A stretch of DNA of 53,080 nt from Candidatus Aerophobota bacterium (GTDB taxonomy: Bacteria; Aerophobota; Aerophobia; Aerophobales; JAGGVN01), in contig JAGGVN010000096.1 in the NCBI GenBank assembly GCA_021158005.1, positions 1 through 53,080 on the forward strand, written 5' to 3'. The notes beneath the pieces are model-generated. The model was not told the origin of the DNA. It saw only the letters and a list, made by a program, of their open reading frames with translations, and made no database searches. The position numbers and the translations under genes are program-made. This document shows, in pieces, positions 49,122 to 53,080 of the stretch (the stretch's first letter is position 1; each line of letters starts with the position of its first letter).

Positions 49122-51983
49122 TTAGCTACAACCCAGTATCTCTTTTAATATCTTCCCCGTATGGGAACGGGGATTTTGAGCTATTTCTTCCGGAGTGCCC
49201 ACAGCTACCACTTCTCCTCCTTTCTCTCCTCCTTCAGGCCCTAAATCAATAATATAATCAGCTACTTTTATTACATCAGGATTATGCTCGATAACTAATA
49301 CCGTATTCCCTTTATCTACTAATTTATTTAAGACTTTAAGAAGTTTCTCTATATCAGCAAAGTGAAGACCAGTAGTAGGTTCGTCCAGTATATAAAGAGT
49401 CTTCCCTGTTCCTTTTTTAGATAACTCCCGCGAAAGCTTTATTCTCTGCGCTTCTCCTCCTGATAAAGTAGTAGCCGGTTGGCCCAATTGAATATATCCT
49501 AAACCTACTCCATAGAGAGTCTCTAACTTTTGACGAATGGGAGAAATATTTCGGAAAAAATCGAGTGCTTCTTTTACCGTCATTTCTAATACTTCAGCTA
49601 TGTTCTTTCCCTTATACTTTATTTGTAGAGTCTCCTTATTATATCGTTTACCTTTACAAGCATCGCAGGGAACATATACATCTGGAAGGAATTGCATTTC
49701 AATCTTAATCTGACCCTGCCCTTTACAAATTTGACACCTTCCTCTTCTCATATTAAAACTAAATCTACTTTCTGTATACCCTCTCATTCTTGATTCCTCT
49801 ATTTTAGAAAAAAGTTCTCTTATCGGGGTAAAAAGACCGGTATAAGTAGCAGGATTAGAACGGGGAGTTCTTCCGATAGGAGACTGATCGATTACTACAA
49901 CTTTATCGATATATTCAATTCCTCTTATTTCCTTATATTTCCCGGGTTTTTCTTTGCTTTTATAAAAATGTTGACTTAAAGCCCGGTAAAGTATCTCCTC
50001 AACTAAAGTGCTCTTACCAGAACCGGAAACACCAGTTACACAGACAAACATACCTAGAGGGATTTTAACATTAATATTTTTAAGATTATGTTCTCTTGCT
50101 CCTATAATTTCCAGATATTGATTATTTTTAGGAAGACGACGTCGGGGAGGAAGAGGAATCTTTAATTCTCCTTTTAAATATTTACCCGTTAAAGAAAGAG
50201 GAGAAGAAAGAAGCTTACTTAGAGAACCACTAACTACTACTTCTCCTCCATATTCTCCTGCTCCTGGTCCCAGATCGATTATATAATCTGCAGCTTCTAT
50301 GGTAGATTTATCATGTTCTACCACCAGAACTGTGTTTCCCATATCTCTAAGATCTCTTAAAGTATTTAAAAGTTTTTGGGTATCTCTCGGATGTAAACCT
50401 ACTGTGGGTTCGTCCAGAATATAAATTACCCCTACCAAACCTGAACCTATTTGAGTAGCCAGACGAATACGTTCGGCTTCTCCTCCCGAAAGAGTAGAGA
50501 CTCTCCTCTCTAAGGTAAGATAATCTAATCCCACGCTCACCAGAAACCTTAATCTTTTTTTTATTTCTTTGAAAACTTCTCCGGCGATAAGTTCCTCCCG
50601 GGGAGTAAGCTTCAAATGGGAGAAAAACTCCTCGCTCTCTTTTACACTCATTTTTACCACATCAAAGATAGACTTACCTCTAATAGTTACCGCTAAACTT
50701 TCCTTACGCAGACGAGCTCCTTTGCATGCTGGACAAGGAGTTTCCCTTATATACTTAAATATCTCTTCCTTTACATACTCAGAGTCGCTATTCTTAAATC
50801 TTCTTTCCAGGTTAGGAATTACTCCTTCAAAAGGAGCCCAGTAAGAATAAAATTCTCCTCCTTTCCGTTCGATAAATTTAATTTCTTCAGAATTTGAGCC
50901 ATAAAGAATAATTTCTTGAAACTTTTGGGGAAGTTTTTCAAAGGGGGTATCAAGAGAAAACTTATAATGTTCAGCTAAAGAAGAAAGTTGCCGGAAATAA
51001 TATCGGGAAGCAGTTCTTGCCCACCGATAAAATCCCACTCCTTCTTCCCAAGGAGCAATAGCCCCCTCTCTTAAAGATTTACTTTTGTCAGGAACGACCA
51101 ACTCCGGGTCTATTGTCTGCTGAGTTCCCAACCCATTACACACTGGACAGGCTCCATAAGGACTATTAAAGGAAAACATTCGAGGAGAGATTTCTTCATA
51201 ACTAATTCCACATATTGGGCAGGCAAAGTGCCTGCTGAAGATATACTCTTTCTTTTCCCCTTCCATTTCCTGAATGACAAGAATTAAACCCTTGGATAAT
51301 TCCCCGGCAATTTCTATAGAATCGGCTAATCTACTTTCTATACCTTTTTTTATCTTTATTCTATCTACTACTACTTCAATGGTATGCTTTTTATTCTTAT
51401 CCAGAAAAATATCTTCTTCTAAAAGATAAATCTCTCCATCTACTCTCACCCTTAAATACCCCTGTCTTTTTATATCTTCTAAAAGATTTCTATATTCTCC
51501 TTTTCTTCCCCGGATTAAAGGAGAAAGAATCTGAATTGAAGAGCCTTCAGGCATCTTCATAATTTGACTTATAATATCTTCCACGGTTTGAGGCTGAATT
51601 TTTCTTCCACACTTATAACAATGGGGTTCTCCAATATGAGCAAAGAAGAGTCTCAGGTAATCATAAATCTCGGTAAGAGTAGCTACTGTAGAACGAGGAT
51701 TACTGGAAGCTTTACGCTGTTCAATGGAAATAGCCGGTGACAACCCTTCAATATAGTCTACCTTGGGTTTGGACATTTGCTCTAAAAACTGGCGGGCATA
51801 ACTGGAAAGAGATTCTACATAACGGCGTTGACCTTCTGCATAGAGAGTATCAAAAGCTAAAGAAGATTTTCCTGATCCACTCAACCCGGTAATTACCACT
51901 AGCTTATTTCGAGGAATCTCTAAGTCAATATTTTTAAGATTGTGCTCCTTAGCTCCCTTTATAATAATCTTATCTTGACTCAT
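49122..51983 (-). CDS. uvrA: excinuclease ABC subunit A
   Basis: GAKEHNLKN, two ABC modules ([24 protein letters not shown]), zinc fingers. Confidence 0.99.
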   Translation of the reverse strand: MSQDKIIIKGAKEHNLKNIDLEIPRNKLVVITGLSGSGKSSLAFDTLYAEGQRRYVESLSSYARQFLEQMSKPKVDYIEGLSPAISIEQRKASSNPRSTVATLTEIYDYLRLFFAHIGEPHCYKCGRKIQPQTVEDIISQIMKMPEGSSIQILSPLIRGRKGEYRNLLEDIKRQGYLRVRVDGEIYLLEEDIFLDKNKKHTIEVVVDRIKIKKGIESRLADSIEIAGELSKGLILVIQEMEGEKKEYIFSRHFACPICGISYEEISPRMFSFNSPYGACPVCNGLGTQQTIDPELVVPDKSKSLREGAIAPWEEGVGFYRWARTASRYYFRQLSSLAEHYKFSLDTPFEKLPQKFQEIILYGSNSEEIKFIERKGGEFYSYWAPFEGVIPNLERRFKNSDSEYVKEEIFKYIRETPCPACKGARLRKESLAVTIRGKSIFDVVKMSVKESEEFFSHLKLTPREELIAGEVFKEIKKRLRFLVSVGLDYLTLERRVSTLSGGEAERIRLATQIGSGLVGVIYILDEPTVGLHPRDTQKLLNTLRDLRDMGNTVLVVEHDKSTIEAADYIIDLGPGAGEYGGEVVVSGSLSKLLSSPLSLTGKYLKGELKIPLPPRRRLPKNNQYLEIIGAREHNLKNINVKIPLGMFVCVTGVSGSGKSTLVEEILYRALSQHFYKSKEKPGKYKEIRGIEYIDKVVVIDQSPIGRTPRSNPATYTGLFTPIRELFSKIEESRMRGYTESRFSFNMRRGRCQICKGQGQIKIEMQFLPDVYVPCDACKGKRYNKETLQIKYKGKNIAEVLEMTVKEALDFFRNISPIRQKLETLYGVGLGYIQLGQPATTLSGGEAQRIKLSRELSKKGTGKTLYILDEPTTGLHFADIEKLLKVLNKLVDKGNTVLVIEHNPDVIKVADYIIDLGPEGGEKGGEVVAVGTPEEIAQNPRSHTGKILKEILGCS

Positions 51984-52009
51984 AAAGATATACTCTTTTT
52001 AGTTTATTA

Positions 52010-52087
52010 ATTTTATTTTTTTCATTCCCATTGTCAAATTTTTCCCTTTTTAGACCGCTTGTATTATTTTGATTATAATGGTAAAAT
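52010..52087. promoter_or_regulatory. divergent promoters for uvrA and the dehydrogenase
   Basis: Minus: TTGACA-16 nt-TAAAAT; plus: TTGTAT-17 nt-TAAAAT with TG. Confidence 0.5.
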
Positions 52088-52149
52088 TAGTGTGAGAATA
52101 AAGATATTCTCAGGATAAACTCTAAATAAACAAAGAGAGGAGGATATTT

Positions 52150-53080
52150 ATGTTAGCAGCGGTATTAGAGGGGGTAAGAAAGATAACTTTGAAAGATATT
52201 CCCAAGCCAGAGCCTGGATACGGGGAAGCATTGGTAAAAGTAAAAGCTTGTGGTATTTGCCAAACAGACTTTAAAGCATACACCGGAGAGAGAAAGAATT
52301 TTACTCCTCCTATAATTGTGGGACATGAGATATCTGGTATTATTGAGAAAACTGGTAAAGGAATTAAGGATTTCAAAGAGGGAGAGGAAGTAATAATTTC
52401 TCCAGCAATTTATTGCGGAAGATGTGAATATTGTAAGAAAGGATTAGAACATTATTGCAAAAATGGAGCCGTTATTGGTGGAGATGGATTTGAGAATGTA
52501 AGAGATGGGGGATTTGCAGAATATGTCCTGGCTCCTCAAAGTGTTTTATACAGAAAGCCAAAATCTATCTCTTTCCCAACAGCTGCTCTGGCTGAACCTT
52601 TAGCGGGCTCTTATAAAGGGATGATTGAGTACAGTCAACTTAAATTAGGTGAAGATGTCGTCATTATAGGGGCAGGATCAATGGGGCTTTTACTCGCTCA
52701 AATTGCTTCGGCAGGAGGAGCAGGGACACTTATCCTTATTGATATTGAAGACTACAAGTTAGAGTATGCTAAAAAGTGTGGAGCGACTCACTTCATTAAT
52801 TCAAAGAAAGAAAACCCCAAAAAGAGAGTCTATGAAATAATTCCCCAAGGTCCTGACTTGATATTTGAATCTGCCGGAGTTTTAAGCGCGGCTTCTTTGG
52901 CTTTCGAGCTTTGCCGCAGAGGGAGTAGAGTTAATATGTTTGGGGTGACCACGCCGGGGACAATTCCTGTATCTCCCGCTCATATCCACTTTACAGAAAT
53001 TAATATGAGTGCTTCTTTCTCCGTAACTCCAAAAGTGATGTTAAAGTCCATTAATCTAATGGAGAAGGGATTAGTAGACC
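52150..53080 (+). CDS. zinc-dependent medium-chain (sugar) alcohol dehydrogenase, 3'-truncated by the window; absent from the ORF track
   Basis: Manual translation MLAAVLEGVRKI...ACGICQTD...GHE...CGRCEYC...HYC...AEPL...GAGSMG; GGAGG Shine-Dalgarno. Confidence 0.93.
   Translation, partial: MLAAVLEGVRKITLKDIPKPEPGYGEALVKVKACGICQTDFKAYTGERKNFTPPIIVGHEISGIIEKTGKGIKDFKEGEEVIISPAIYCGRCEYCKKGLEHYCKNGAVIGGDGFENVRDGGFAEYVLAPQSVLYRKPKSISFPTAALAEPLAGSYKGMIEYSQLKLGEDVVIIGAGSMGLLLAQIASAGGAGTLILIDIEDYKLEYAKKCGATHFINSKKENPKKRVYEIIPQGPDLIFESAGVLSAASLAFELCRRGSRVNMFGVTTPGTIPVSPAHIHFTEINMSASFSVTPKVMLKSINLMEKGLVD

Noticed and set aside
51984-52050. LexA/SOS box upstream of uvrA
   Set aside because: No recognisable GAAC-N4-GTTC or CTGT-N8-ACAG
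52122-52376. 84-aa minus-strand ORF
   Set aside because: Shadow of the plus-strand Zn-dehydrogenase
1-53080. CRISPR arrays, IS elements, integrases, prophage genes, rRNA, and the many short antisense or nested ORFs in the track
   Set aside because: No repeat-spacer periodicity or transposase, phage or rRNA motifs seen; the short ORFs lie opposite or inside confidently assigned genes

Overview
AT-rich bacterial chromosomal segment, mostly housekeeping genes. Ferredoxin-dependent oxidoreductases and a class I fumarase point to an anaerobe; the taxon cannot be assigned from the sequence alone. The left end (1-2.5 kb) is a type II restriction-modification islet (XRE controller, N4/N6 methyltransferase with a C-terminal SNase-like domain, MjaI-family endonuclease) directly downstream of tRNA-Ser(CGA). 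Then come rplU, ahcY, secD-secF-murG-murC, hflKC-ruvB-paaK, iorAB, polX, coaE, rdgB, rph, a fumarase beta subunit, ftsZ, pheS, leuA, a sugar-modification cluster, murJ, rpsT, an orphan 2-oxoacid:ferredoxin oxidoreductase beta subunit, nfeD-slipin, coaBC, apt, recJ, apbE, lpdA, tsaD, a complete pst/pho locus with three clear Pho-box arrays, uvrA and a truncated Zn-dependent dehydrogenase. The most unusual signals are in envelope and division genes: SecD with a duplicated periplasmic head domain behind a ~130-nt structured leader RNA, MurC with a remodelled nucleotide and amino-acid pocket, MurG with altered acceptor-side motifs, a divergent FtsZ outside any dcw cluster, and a GlmU lacking its acetyltransferase half. 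iorA appears to start at an ATT codon. All calls rest on motif recognition by eye; no searches or folding programs were run.
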